From: an uncultured Caulobacteraceae bacterium
GTDB taxonomy: Bacteria; Pseudomonadota; Alphaproteobacteria; Caulobacterales; Caulobacteraceae
Reading direction: 5' to 3'
Assembly (NCBI GenBank): GCA_937863535.1
Contig: CALMGB010000039.1
Location: 1 to 36,986 of the forward strand
DNA: 36,986 nucleotides
In this document: one piece after another, positions 1 through 11,380 of the stretch
How positions within the stretch are numbered: the first letter of the stretch is position 1
Layout of the letters: each line of letters begins with the position of its first letter
Made by a program: the position numbers and the translations under genes
The notes under the pieces: model-generated
The model's input: only the letters and a program-made list of their open reading frames with translations
The model's database searches: none
What the model was told of the DNA's origin: nothing

Positions 1-218
1 GGTTCGGGAGCGGTGGCCGCCTGGCGTTCGGGCGCCTTCTGAGCGGGGCGGACATCGGCGACCGGCGCATTTGAGACGATGCTGACCGCCACGACGTCGA
101 GCGGCTTGGGCAAGGGCGGGGCGAAGCGCCAGCTCACCAGCAGGGCCAGCAGGATCGCCAGGTGCAGCCCGCCGGAGACGGCGAGCGCCGGGCGCAGGTC
201 TGAGCGGCGCTCCGACAT
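1..218 (-). CDS. tolA: TolA-like inner-membrane protein, 5' part only (runs off window edge)
   Basis: Not in ORF track. Manual translation from ATG 218: [30 protein letters not shown]...; TM helix with the SxxxH motif of TolA/TonB, then a Pro/Ala-rich linker; directly downstream of tolQ-tolR. Confidence 0.85.
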   Translation of the reverse strand, partial: MSERRSDLRPALAVSGGLHLAILLALLVSWRFAPPLPKPLDVVAVSIVSNAPVADVRPAQKAPERQAATAPE

Positions 219-227
219 CTTCGACGG

Positions 228-737
<510 letters not shown>

Positions 738-740
738 GGC

Positions 741-1478
<738 letters not shown>

Positions 1479-1567
1479 GGTCACGGCGTCCGGTCCGCGC
1501 GGGTGAAGCGCGTGGGATGGACGAAACTAAGGCGTGCAGGGTTAACGGGGGTTAACCAAGACAACGC

Positions 1568-1990
1568 TTATCGCATGAGGAGGGCGAGGCGTTCGGTGAC
1601 GGCGGGCATGTCTTTGAGTTCGCACTCCCACACCGCCTCGGCGCGCCAGCCAAGCGCGGTCAGCGCCTCAACTGCAGCGGCGTCGCGCAAGCGGTTGCGG
1701 GCCACCTTGGCGAGCCAGTAGCCGGTGTTGGACTTCGGCACGCGGGCGCCGCGGACGCAGTCGTGGCCATGCCAGAAGCAGCCGTGCACGAACAGCGCCA
1801 GTCGTCGCCCGGAGAATACGATGTCAGGCGAGCCGGGCAGGTCGCGCCGGTGGAGGCGGTAGCGTGCGCCGAGGTGGGTGAGGAGCTTGCGGACCTTCAG
1901 CTCCGGCGTGCTGTTCTTGGCCGGGACGGCGCGCATGACGGTGGAGCGCTGTTCGGGGGTGAAGACGTCGGTGGATATTCGCGACTCCAT
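1568..1990 (-). CDS. vsr: Very short patch repair endonuclease
   Basis: DVFTPEQRS..M, LPGSPDIVF, FVHGCFWHGH and VWEC motifs of Vsr; ATG 1990. Confidence 0.93.
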   Translation of the reverse strand: MESRISTDVFTPEQRSTVMRAVPAKNSTPELKVRKLLTHLGARYRLHRRDLPGSPDIVFSGRRLALFVHGCFWHGHDCVRGARVPKSNTGYWLAKVARNRLRDAAAVEALTALGWRAEAVWECELKDMPAVTERLALLMR

Positions 1991-2068
1991 GGCTGAGGCT
2001 TTGTCATCTTTTTTCGTATGGAGCACCTTTTGCCCCTTCGAAGGGGATGGGTTCAGGCAGCAAATCCC

Positions 2069-3058
<990 letters not shown>

Positions 3059-3148
3059 GGCGGGTCTCACGGGTTGCGGCCTGTGAGGAGAAGATAGGGA
3101 GCCGAGGGGCGGCTGTCTCGTCAGGGTTTCTGTAGCGCGGGCCTGGAT

Positions 3149-3247
3149 GCTCCTCCGCCGAGGAGCTGACGACGAAGCCGGCTGAGGCGGCGGCGCCGCC
3201 CCCTCCACACCCGCTTCATAGGGTTCCTCTCCCCCAGTGAGAGAGGA
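3149..3247. repeat. Degenerate palindromic intergenic repeat (CIR/RIME-like)
   Basis: Terminal hairpins GCTCCTC/GAGGAGC (3149-3166) and TCCTCTC/GAGAGGA (3225-3247) flank internal complementary GAAGC/GCTTC and GAGGCGGCGGC/GCCGCCCCCTC. Only one clear copy in the window. Confidence 0.5.
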
Positions 3248-3256
3248 TCTAAGCGC

Positions 3257-4198
3257 TCAGGCCTTGTCCAGCTCGGCCATCAGCTCCGGGATGATGGTCT
3301 TGTAGTCGCCGACCAGGCCGTAGTCAGCGACCTGGAAGATCGGCGCGTCGGCGTCCTTGTTGATGGCCACGATCACCTTGCTGTCCTTCATCCCGGCCAG
3401 GTGCTGGATGGCGCCGGAGATGCCCACCGCGATGTACAGCGACGGCGCCACCACCTTGCCGGTCTGGCCGACCTGATAGTCGTTGGGGGCGTAGCCGGCG
3501 TCCACCGCCGCACGCGACGCGCCGACCGCGGCGCCGAGCTTGTCGGCCAAGGGCTCGATCACCCGGTGGAACTCCTCGGCCGAGCCCATGGCCCTGCCGC
3601 CGGAGACGATGATCTTGGCGGCGCCGAGTTCGGGGCGCTCGGACTTCACCACCTCTTCGGAGACGAAGCGGGCGGTCTTGTCGGCGGCAGGGGTCTCCAC
3701 GCTCTCGATCGAGGCCGAACCGCCCTCGCCAGCTGCGGCCTTGAAGCCCGTGGCGCGAACGGTGGCGACCACCTTGGCGTCCTGGGAGGTGACGGTCTCC
3801 AGCGCGTTGCCGGCGTAGATCGGGCGCACGAAGGTCTTGGCGTCCACCACTTCCAGCACGTCGGAGACCTGCATCACGTCGAGCAGGGCGGCGATGCGGG
3901 GCGAGGCGTTCTTGCCGACGTTGGTGGCGGGAGTGAGGATGGCGTCGTAGCCGACGGCCAGCGGCACGACGATGGCGGCGATGGCTTCGGCCACGTCGTG
4001 GCCGAGTTCGGCGCTCTCGGCTTTCAGCACCTTGCGGACGCCGGGAAGCTTGGCGGCCTCGGCGGCGACGTCGTCCACGCCCTGGCCGAAGACCAGGACG
4101 TCGATGTCGCCTCCGATGGCCTGGGCGGCGGTCAGGGTCTTGTGTGTGGTGTCGCGGAGCGCCGAACCGTCGTGGTCGGCGATGAGAAGGACGGCCAT
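3257..4198 (-). CDS. etfA: Electron transfer flavoprotein alpha subunit
   Basis: [35 protein letters not shown] motifs. Confidence 0.97.
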   Translation of the reverse strand: MAVLLIADHDGSALRDTTHKTLTAAQAIGGDIDVLVFGQGVDDVAAEAAKLPGVRKVLKAESAELGHDVAEAIAAIVVPLAVGYDAILTPATNVGKNASPRIAALLDVMQVSDVLEVVDAKTFVRPIYAGNALETVTSQDAKVVATVRATGFKAAAGEGGSASIESVETPAADKTARFVSEEVVKSERPELGAAKIIVSGGRAMGSAEEFHRVIEPLADKLGAAVGASRAAVDAGYAPNDYQVGQTGKVVAPSLYIAVGISGAIQHLAGMKDSKVIVAINKDADAPIFQVADYGLVGDYKTIIPELMAELDKA

Positions 4199-4947
4199 CA
4201 GAGCACTCCCGCTTCGTTCTTCAGCTTGCCGACCAGGTCCGCGGCGTCGGCGACCTTGATGCCGCCGCCGCGCTTGGGCGGCTCGGCGACCTTTGAGACC
4301 TTGAGCCGCGGCGTCAGGTCCACGCCGTAGTCGGCGGCGGTCTTGGCGTCGATGGGCTTCTTCTTGGCCTTCATGATGTTGGGCAGGCTGGCGTAGCGCG
4401 GCTCGTTCAGTCGAAGGTCCACGGTGACCACCGCGGGCAGCTCGGCCGACAGGGTCTGCAGCCCGCCGTCCACCTCGCGGGTGACGGTGGCCACTTCGCC
4501 GGCGATCTCGACCTTGGAGGCGAAGGTGGCCTGGGGCCAGCCGAGCAGGGCCGCGAGCATCTGGCCGGTGGCGTTGTTGTCGTCGTCGATGGCCTGCTTA
4601 CCCATCAGCACAAGCTTGGGCTCCTCCGCCGCCACCACCGCCTTCAGCAGCTTGGCGACCGCCAGCGGCTCCACGGTCTGGTCCACCACGATCAGGATGC
4701 TCCGGTCCGCGCCCATGGCCAGAGACGTGCGCAGCGTCTCCTGCGCCTGCTGTGGCCCGATGGAGACCGACACGATCTCGGTGACGATCCCCTTCTCCTT
4801 CAGCCGCACCGCTTCCTCGACGGCGATCTCGTCGAAGGGGTTCATGCTCATTTTCACATTGGAGAGGTCGACGCCCGACTGGTCAGGTTTCACCCGGGCC
4901 TTGACGTTGTAGTCGATCACCCGCTTGACGGGCACGAGGACCTTCAT
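4198..4947 (-). CDS. etfB: Electron transfer flavoprotein beta subunit
   Basis: [45 protein letters not shown]; ATG 4947; TGATG coupling to etfA. Confidence 0.97.
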   Translation of the reverse strand: MKVLVPVKRVIDYNVKARVKPDQSGVDLSNVKMSMNPFDEIAVEEAVRLKEKGIVTEIVSVSIGPQQAQETLRTSLAMGADRSILIVVDQTVEPLAVAKLLKAVVAAEEPKLVLMGKQAIDDDNNATGQMLAALLGWPQATFASKVEIAGEVATVTREVDGGLQTLSAELPAVVTVDLRLNEPRYASLPNIMKAKKKPIDAKTAADYGVDLTPRLKVSKVAEPPKRGGGIKVADAADLVGKLKNEAGVL

Positions 4948-5121
4948 GGGAACTCCGGCTCTTGGTTCATGCGCCGGAGCCCTGTTGCGGTCGGGCCGGC
5001 CTAGTTGGCGTCGGTTTCGGATGGGCTTGAAACGCTGGCGCTTCCGCCCTGTCAAGCAGGGCCGAGCCGATCAGCGTCTGGACGGCTTGCTCCGTGCGAT
5101 GTGCGTGCCCATTAAAAACCC

Positions 5122-5409
5122 ATGAGACTCGCAATAGGCCGCGGCATCCTCGGGCGGATCGAGGTGATCTTCTTCGTCATCCTGCTTGTGGTGGTGGGCG
5201 CGGTCTGGGCCTACCAGCACTTCGACGTCGACCCGGTGCAGCACTGCGAGGGCTCGGGCAACTGGTGGGACGCCCAGACCCGCACCTGCGGGCACGTGGT
5301 CTACCTCCCCGACCTGACCCACCGGACGGTGGGGGCGAAGGGGCCGCGTTATCCGACGCTGCCGGAGACGGCGGCCCAGGGTGCGGGCGGGACGTCGGGA
5401 CAGCGCTGA
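5122..5409 (+). CDS. Small membrane-anchored hypothetical protein with CxxxGxWWDxxxxxC motif
   Basis: One TM helix followed by CEGSGNWWDAQTRTC; fills the gap between etfB and the adenosyltransferase gene. Confidence 0.75.
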   Translation: MRLAIGRGILGRIEVIFFVILLVVVGAVWAYQHFDVDPVQHCEGSGNWWDAQTRTCGHVVYLPDLTHRTVGAKGPRYPTLPETAAQGAGGTSGQR

Positions 5410-5483
5410 GCCCGACCGGCCTATCGACGCCGCTTCGTTCAGGATGAGGCGAACGTGGGCCGTTCCGTCTCGACTGCCGGACT

Positions 5484-6065
5484 CTACCGCGTCGCCCCAG
5501 GCGTCCACAGCACGTCGCCCACAGCCTGGGCATTGGCGTGTCGGGCCATGACGAACAGCAGGTCCGACAGCCGGTTCAGGTACTTGAGCGCTTCGGCGCT
5601 CACCGCCTCGCCCGGCTCGCAGGCCAGTCGCACCGCGACCCGCTCAGCCCGCCGACAGATCGTGCGCGCCAAGTGCAGCGCCGCGGCCGCCGCCGTTCCC
5701 GCCGGCAGCACGAAGGACGTGAGCGGCGACAGCGCCTCATTCAGCCGGTCGATGTCAGCCTCCAGCCGATCCACCTGCGCGCCCGTGACCCGCAGGGCTT
5801 CCCAACCCAACGGCTTTCCCGCCCGTTCGGGCGTCGCAAGGTCGGCGCCGAGGTCGAACAGCTCGTTCTGCACCCGCGCCAGGATGGGGTCGAGCACCGC
5901 GTCGGCTGCAGTGTGCTGGCGCACCAGGCCGATGCAGGCGTTGGTCTCGTCCACATCGCCATAGGCCGTGACCCGTGCATCGAACTTCTTGACCCGTTCC
6001 CCGGTAGCCAACCCCGTGTCGCCGGCGTCGCCAGTACGGGTATAGATCTTGTTCAGCATCACCAT
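5484..6065 (-). CDS. ATP:cob(I)alamin adenosyltransferase, PduO/MMAB type
   Basis: KIYTRTGDAG, YGDVDE, ARTICRRAER, YLNRLSDLLF motifs. Confidence 0.95.
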   Translation of the reverse strand: MVMLNKIYTRTGDAGDTGLATGERVKKFDARVTAYGDVDETNACIGLVRQHTAADAVLDPILARVQNELFDLGADLATPERAGKPLGWEALRVTGAQVDRLEADIDRLNEALSPLTSFVLPAGTAAAAALHLARTICRRAERVAVRLACEPGEAVSAEALKYLNRLSDLLFVMARHANAQAVGDVLWTPGATR

Positions 6066-6086
6066 GGCGAGCCCCTCCGCCGCGGC

Positions 6087-6290
6087 CTAGTGGCGCCCCA
6101 TCTTGTACATGAAACCAAGGGTGATCAGCACGATCGCCGCCGCCTGGCTCATCACCCGGTAGCGCATAAACTTGTTGGAGTTCTCGCGCCCCATTTCGCC
6201 CCCTTTCAGGAACGAGAAGATACCGAGCCCTAGGCTCGCCACCACCGCGAGCATGGCGACCGCGATCATAATGTCGATGAAAACGCCCAT
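6087..6290 (-). CDS. Twin transmembrane helix small protein (HIG1 domain family)
   Basis: Two TM helices around SNKFMRYRVMSQ; usual position upstream of pduO-etfBA. Start may be GTG 6299. Confidence 0.85.
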   Translation of the reverse strand: MGVFIDIMIAVAMLAVVASLGLGIFSFLKGGEMGRENSNKFMRYRVMSQAAAIVLITLGFMYKMGRH

Positions 6291-6327
6291 GCCGCTCACT
6301 TAGGCGGCGCGGGGCCCGATCGCCAGA

Positions 6328-6831
6328 CTAGGCCTGCCCCTGAGTCTCGAACATGCAGGCGGCCATGGCGTCGTCGGGCGACTTCGCGCCCTTCAGCAGG
6401 AAGTCGAAGGCCGGGTAGAAGCGGTCCGCCGCCTCCACGGCCGCGTCGATCATCGAGGCGGCCTGGCCCAGCGTCGGCCGTTCTCCGCTTGGCATGGACA
6501 TGGAGTGGCGGAACACCACCTCGCCGTCCTCGGCCCAGCATTCGAAGTGGCCCATCCAGACGCGCTGATTGATCAGGGACAGCAGCTCCCACATGGCCGC
6601 GCGCCGGTCGCGCTCGGCCTTCATGTCGATGGACAGGCAGAGCTGCAGGCAGTCCGCCTCCGGCCGCCAGGCGAACCACAGCTCATAGTCCTTCCAGTCG
6701 CCGGAGAGCGCGAAGGCCAGGTCGCCGTCCTCGGTGCGGTCGAACTCCAGGTTTTCCGCGTCGAGCACGCGCTCGACCACGTCCAGCGGATCGAAGCCCA
6801 CTTCGACGTCTTCGTTGTGAGGCGTGTCCAT
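6328..6831 (-). CDS. YbjN domain-containing protein
   Basis: Acidic protein with LLSLINQRVWMGHF and C-terminal FETQGQA typical of alphaproteobacterial YbjN; follows ubiK. Confidence 0.85.
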   Translation of the reverse strand: MDTPHNEDVEVGFDPLDVVERVLDAENLEFDRTEDGDLAFALSGDWKDYELWFAWRPEADCLQLCLSIDMKAERDRRAAMWELLSLINQRVWMGHFECWAEDGEVVFRHSMSMPSGERPTLGQAASMIDAAVEAADRFYPAFDFLLKGAKSPDDAMAACMFETQGQA

Positions 6832-6935
6832 GGGTTACGATCCTGACGCCACGGCCACGCGCGGGAGACGCGAGGCCGGACCGCGGCGCATCGGGGAAGA
6901 GACTAGCTGACTCGCGGCGGACCGCTCAACCGGCG

Positions 6936-7190
6936 TCACGCCTCGGGGGAAATCGATGCGGAGACGGGGCGCAGCGCTGCCAACTCAGCGCGCAGTTCGC
7001 CGATCTCAGCGGTGAGCACCGCCCGCATCGCCTCCATCTCGTCGCGGCGCACGAGGTCGAACTCGGCTGCCATGCGGTCGCCCTGGGCGCGCAGGGCGGA
7101 CTTCGCCTCCTCGCCCGCGGCCTGGGCCAGGCCTATGGCCTGCTCCATGACCTTGGCGGCCTCGTCAAAGAAGGGGTTGCGGCTCTGCAT
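6936..7190 (-). CDS. ubiK: UbiK/BMFP family accessory factor
   Basis: MQSRNPFFDE...FDLVRRDEMEA plus C-terminal coiled coil; ATG 7190; divergent from ubiA. Confidence 0.82.
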   Translation of the reverse strand: MQSRNPFFDEAAKVMEQAIGLAQAAGEEAKSALRAQGDRMAAEFDLVRRDEMEAMRAVLTAEIGELRAELAALRPVSASISPEA

Positions 7191-7306
7191 GGTCGGATTG
7201 CGGCTCGGAGCGACGGAGCGGGGTCGAACCTCTATATGGACCCAAACGTCCCCGATTGCGAACCGTCGCCATGGGTCCGGCACGGGACGAGGAGCCGCAC
7301 GCGCCG

Positions 7307-8224
7307 ATGACGTCCACCGCCGCCCCGCTGCCGGACGCCGCCCGGGACAACTGGGTCGACCGCCATGCGCCGGCGGCCCTTCGCCCCTGGCTGAAGCTCG
7401 GCCGCTTCGACCGGCCGGCGGGCATATGGCTGCTGATGCTGCCGGGCTGGCAGGGGGTCGCGCTCGGCGACGCGCTGGCGGGCCGCTGGCCGGACGCGCG
7501 GCTGCTGGCGTTGATTGCACTAGGCGCCACCGCCATGCGCACCGCCGGCTGCGCCTTCAACGACATCGTGGACCGCGACGTGGACGCCCAGGTGGCGAGG
7601 ACGGCCGGGCGGCCGGTCGCGTCCGGCCAGATCCCGGTGAAAGGCGCCTGGGCCTTCCTGGTCGGGCTCAGCCTGCTGGCCTTCTGCATCCTGCTGACCA
7701 TGAACCTGAGCGCCATCCTTCTGGGCGTCGCCTCGCTCGGCCTGGTGGCGGCCTACCCGTTCATGAAGCGGATCACCTGGTGGCCCCAGGCCTGGCTTGG
7801 CCTGACCTTCAACTGGGGCGCCCTGCTGGGGTACGCCGCGGTCCAGGGGCGGCTGGGCTGGCCGGCGGCGGCGCTGTACGCCAGCGGCGTGTTCTGGACG
7901 CTTGGCTACGACACCATCTACGCCCTGCAGGATATCGAGGACGACGCCCTGGCAGGGATCAAGTCCAGCGCCCGGCGGCTTGGCCCGCAAGTGCGCCGCG
8001 GCGTGGCGGTGTTCTACGCCTTGGCGTCCGCCCTCGCCGTCGGCTTGACCGTCGCCTCACCCTGGAGCCTGCTGCTGGCCCTGGGCTTCGCCGCCCATCT
8101 CGCCTGGCAGGTGCGGCGCCTGCAGCCCGACGACGCCCCCCTGGCGCTCCGCCTGTTCAAGTCCAACCGCGAGGCGGGCCTGCTGCTGTTCGCCGCCGTC
8201 GCCCTGACCGCGCTGCGCCGGTGA
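7307..8224 (+). CDS. ubiA: 4-hydroxybenzoate polyprenyltransferase
   Basis: RFDRPAGIWLL, NDIVDRDVD, RTAGRP, YDTIYALQD motifs; multi-TM; ATG 7307. Confidence 0.95.
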   Translation: MTSTAAPLPDAARDNWVDRHAPAALRPWLKLGRFDRPAGIWLLMLPGWQGVALGDALAGRWPDARLLALIALGATAMRTAGCAFNDIVDRDVDAQVARTAGRPVASGQIPVKGAWAFLVGLSLLAFCILLTMNLSAILLGVASLGLVAAYPFMKRITWWPQAWLGLTFNWGALLGYAAVQGRLGWPAAALYASGVFWTLGYDTIYALQDIEDDALAGIKSSARRLGPQVRRGVAVFYALASALAVGLTVASPWSLLLALGFAAHLAWQVRRLQPDDAPLALRLFKSNREAGLLLFAAVALTALRR

Positions 8225-8871
8225 TCGCCGACCGCCGCGCCTTCATCCTGCAGAACACCCGGCTCCAATCCCCGCCGCACACGCCCGAGATCGCCCTGCA
8301 CCTGGCCGACGAGGTCACTCCGCTCTGGCGGCTGACCGAAGAGGCGCTGGGCGAGCTCGGCCTGCCGCCGCCGTTCTGGGCCTTCGCCTGGGCCGGCGGG
8401 CAAGCGCTCGCCCGCTACGTGCTCGACCATCCGGACGTCGTCACCGGTCGCCGCGTGCTCGACTTCGCCACCGGCTCGGGCCTGGTGGCCATCGCCGCCA
8501 TGAAGGCCGGGGCGGGGAGCGCGCGGGCCTGTGACATCGACGGCTTCTGCGCCGCGGCGGTGGCCCTGAACGCTGAGGCCAATGCGGTGCAGGTCTCCTT
8601 CACCTGCGCCGACCTGCTCGACAGAGACCCGCCCGCAGACGCGGAGGTGATCCTGGCCGGCGACATCTGCTACGAGCGCCCCCTGGCCGAACGGGTGGAG
8701 GCGTGGCTGCGCGAGGCCAAGGCTCGTGGCGCCGAAGTCCTGATCGGCGACCCCGGCCGCACCTACCTGCCCCACCCGCGCCTGCGCCGGCTGGCCGATT
8801 ACCGGGTGCAGACGACCCGCGAACTCGAGGACCAGGAGGTGAAGCGCACGGCGGTGTATGCGCTGGCGTAA
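8221..8871 (+). CDS. Class I SAM-dependent protein-lysine methyltransferase, METTL20/ETFBKMT-like
   Basis: PPFWAFAWAGGQALARY, LDFATGSG (motif I), GDICY, IGDPGR; GTGA overlap with ubiA stop. Confidence 0.82.
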   Translation: MIADRRAFILQNTRLQSPPHTPEIALHLADEVTPLWRLTEEALGELGLPPPFWAFAWAGGQALARYVLDHPDVVTGRRVLDFATGSGLVAIAAMKAGAGSARACDIDGFCAAAVALNAEANAVQVSFTCADLLDRDPPADAEVILAGDICYERPLAERVEAWLREAKARGAEVLIGDPGRTYLPHPRLRRLADYRVQTTRELEDQEVKRTAVYALA

Positions 8872-9018
8872 GAGCGGTGTGGCGGCGCTAAACGGTCCGC
8901 TGTTCGGCGGAAGCTTCACCGCCGCAGACGACCTGAAGCTGATTGTCCTAAACGAGCTTTGTGGATTGCCGGCGATCCGCCGGCGAACCGCTGGCGGTGC
9001 CAACCCTTCGGGCAAGGT

Positions 9019-9891
9019 TCAGCGCCGCACGGGCGCGGCGGGGTCGAACACCGGCTCGAACGGACGAGCGGCGTAGCCGAAATCGCGTGTCGCCGGGCCA
9101 GCGTCGAAGGTGAGGTCCTCGCTCATCCGCGCGCCCATGGCCGCGGTCGCGCCGGGCAGGACGGGCGAGGCCAGGGCCAGCCCCAGCCGCCAGAGCGGCG
9201 GCGGCAGGCTCAGCAGGCGGGGAGGGCGGCCCAGCGCCTCGAAGATGCGCACCGCCATGTCGCGGTAGCTCAGCGTCTCGCCGCCCGGCAGGGCGTAGGT
9301 GCGGTTCGACGCCGCCGGGGCGTCCAGCGCCTGCAGCACTGCGCGCGCCAGGTCGGCGGCGTGCACCGGCTGGCGCAGGCCCTCGCCCCGTCCGGCGAGG
9401 GGCAGGACGCCGAAACGTGCGATCAGGCCGGCCAGGCGCGAAATGTTGCGGTCCTCGCCCTCCGCATAGATCAGGGTGGGCCGCAGCAAGGTCCAGGCGA
9501 CATCGGCCGCGCTGCAGGCGGCGACCACCGCCTCCTCACCCGCGGCGAGGCGGGCGGCCACGGCGCGCTCTTCGGCGACGGTGGACTGCGCCTTGGTGAC
9601 CCGGCTGGTGGAGGACACCGCCACCAGGCGCCGCGCCCCTGTGGCGAGCAGGGCGGGCAGGGCCTGTGGCAGCAGCCAGACCGGCGACAGGCTGAGCACC
9701 GCGTCCGCCGGGGGCAGCAGGCGTGCGAGATGGGGGTCGCCGAGGTCCGCGACGATCCAGGTCGTCTCCAGTGGGCCCTCCCTCGGCGGACGACGGCTGA
9801 GGGCGACGAAGCCGGCATCCGCAGGTGCAGGCGCGGCGATAAGGCGCCGGCCGATCAGGCTCGTGGCGCCCAGCACCAGGATGCGTCGCAT
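9019..9891 (-). CDS. NAD-dependent epimerase/dehydratase (extended SDR) family protein
   Basis: N-terminal ILVLGATSLIG Rossmann motif, WTLLRPTLIY, QPVHAADLA; ATG 9891. Confidence 0.85.
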   Translation of the reverse strand: MRRILVLGATSLIGRRLIAAPAPADAGFVALSRRPPREGPLETTWIVADLGDPHLARLLPPADAVLSLSPVWLLPQALPALLATGARRLVAVSSTSRVTKAQSTVAEERAVAARLAAGEEAVVAACSAADVAWTLLRPTLIYAEGEDRNISRLAGLIARFGVLPLAGRGEGLRQPVHAADLARAVLQALDAPAASNRTYALPGGETLSYRDMAVRIFEALGRPPRLLSLPPPLWRLGLALASPVLPGATAAMGARMSEDLTFDAGPATRDFGYAARPFEPVFDPAAPVRR

Positions 9892-10048
9892 CGATGAAGC
9901 CTCCGGACGGCGGGCATCTGGGCTTTCGCCTTCCCTCGCGCGCCGTGCAAGGGCCGTCCGGAGCTGGCGAGCCACGTCCGGCGCTTGCAGGGCGTGGGGA
10001 CGGCGGCCATATCGCAGCGTCTCACCCGCAATCGAGATCGACCGCCGC

Positions 10049-11380
10049 ATGGACTGCGAACTGCTGCACGACATGGTCGCCTCCGCGCTGCGCGCCGGGG
10101 CCGATGCGGCGGAGGTGGCGCTGGCGGAGCGGCGTTCGCTGGGCGTGACCGTGCGGCTAGGCGAGCTGGAGGAGGTGGAGCGCGAGGAGAGCCGCGACGT
10201 GGGCCTGCGGGTCTTCGTGGGCCGCCGTCAGGCGGTGGTCTCCGGCTCCGACCTGTCGGCGCCCGCCCGCGCCAAGCTGGTGGACCGGGCGGTGGCCATG
10301 GCGCGAGTGGCTCCCGAGGACCCTTACGCCGGCTTCGCGCCGCGGGAGCGCTTGGCGCGCGCCCCGCGGACCGACCTGGATCTGCTCGATCCCACCGAGT
10401 TCGGCGCCGACGTGCTGGAGCACCGCGCCCGGGCCGCGGAGGACTTGGTGCGCCAGACGCCGGGTGTCACCAACACCGATGGCGCCTCTGCGGGCTGGAG
10501 CCAGGGCGGCTGGGCGCTGGTGACCAGCGACGGCTTCGCAGGCGAGGTGGCCGCCTCCAGCTTCTCGCTCTCGGCCTCGGCTATCGCCGGCGAGGGGAGC
10601 GGTATGGAGCGGGGCGGTGAAGGGCGCTCCACCCGCCATGCCGAGGACTTGCCCGAACCGGAAGCAATCGGGGTGGAGGCGGCGCGGCGCGCCGTGGCCC
10701 GGCTAGGCGCCCGCAAGATCGACAGCCGCAAGGCCGCAGTCATCTTTGAGAACCGTCAGGCCGGCTCGCTGATCGGGCCGTTCGTGGGCGCGGTCTCCGG
10801 CTCGGCCGTGGCCCGGGGCGTATCGTTCCTGAAGGACAAGCTGGGCCAGGCTGTCTTCTCGCCGGCCGTGACCCTCACCGATGATCCCTTCCGCAGGCGC
10901 GGCCTCGGCTCGGCCGCTTTCGACGACGAGGGCGTGGAGGTGGTGGAGCGCGCCCTGGTTCGGGACGGGGTGGTCACCACTTGGCTGCTCAACGCCGCGG
11001 CCGGCCGCCAGCTCGGGCTGGAGACGACCGGGCATGCGTCGCGCGGGCTCGCAGGACCGCCGGGCGTATCGACGCACAATCTCACCCTGCAGCCGGGATC
11101 GGCGTCGCTGGAGCAGCTGATGGCCGACGCGGGTGAGGGCCTGCTGGTGACCTCCATGTTCGGCCCGTCGCTGAACGCCAACACGGGCGATTGGTCCGCA
11201 GGCGTATCCGGCGTGTGGTTCGAGGACGGCCAGCCGGCCTATCCCGTGACCGAGATCACCGTGGCGGGCAACCTGATCGACATCTACGCCCGCCTGGTTC
11301 CGGGCGCGGACCTGGAGATCCGCGGCGCCAACAACTCGCCTTCCCTGCTCGTGGATGGACTGGCCATCGCGGGTCGATGA
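10049..11380 (+). CDS. pmbA: TldE/PmbA family protein
   Basis: FDDEG, TTGHASRG, GDWSAG, PVTEITVAGNL motifs; ATG 10049. Confidence 0.9.
   Translation: MDCELLHDMVASALRAGADAAEVALAERRSLGVTVRLGELEEVEREESRDVGLRVFVGRRQAVVSGSDLSAPARAKLVDRAVAMARVAPEDPYAGFAPRERLARAPRTDLDLLDPTEFGADVLEHRARAAEDLVRQTPGVTNTDGASAGWSQGGWALVTSDGFAGEVAASSFSLSASAIAGEGSGMERGGEGRSTRHAEDLPEPEAIGVEAARRAVARLGARKIDSRKAAVIFENRQAGSLIGPFVGAVSGSAVARGVSFLKDKLGQAVFSPAVTLTDDPFRRRGLGSAAFDDEGVEVVERALVRDGVVTTWLLNAAAGRQLGLETTGHASRGLAGPPGVSTHNLTLQPGSASLEQLMADAGEGLLVTSMFGPSLNANTGDWSAGVSGVWFEDGQPAYPVTEITVAGNLIDIYARLVPGADLEIRGANNSPSLLVDGLAIAGR

Noticed and set aside
7012-8871. 619-aa ORF, and similarly extended ORFs 9476-11380, 12503-13873, 14052-15617
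   Set aside because: Low-complexity N-terminal extensions overlap other genes; only the C-terminal parts are real genes.
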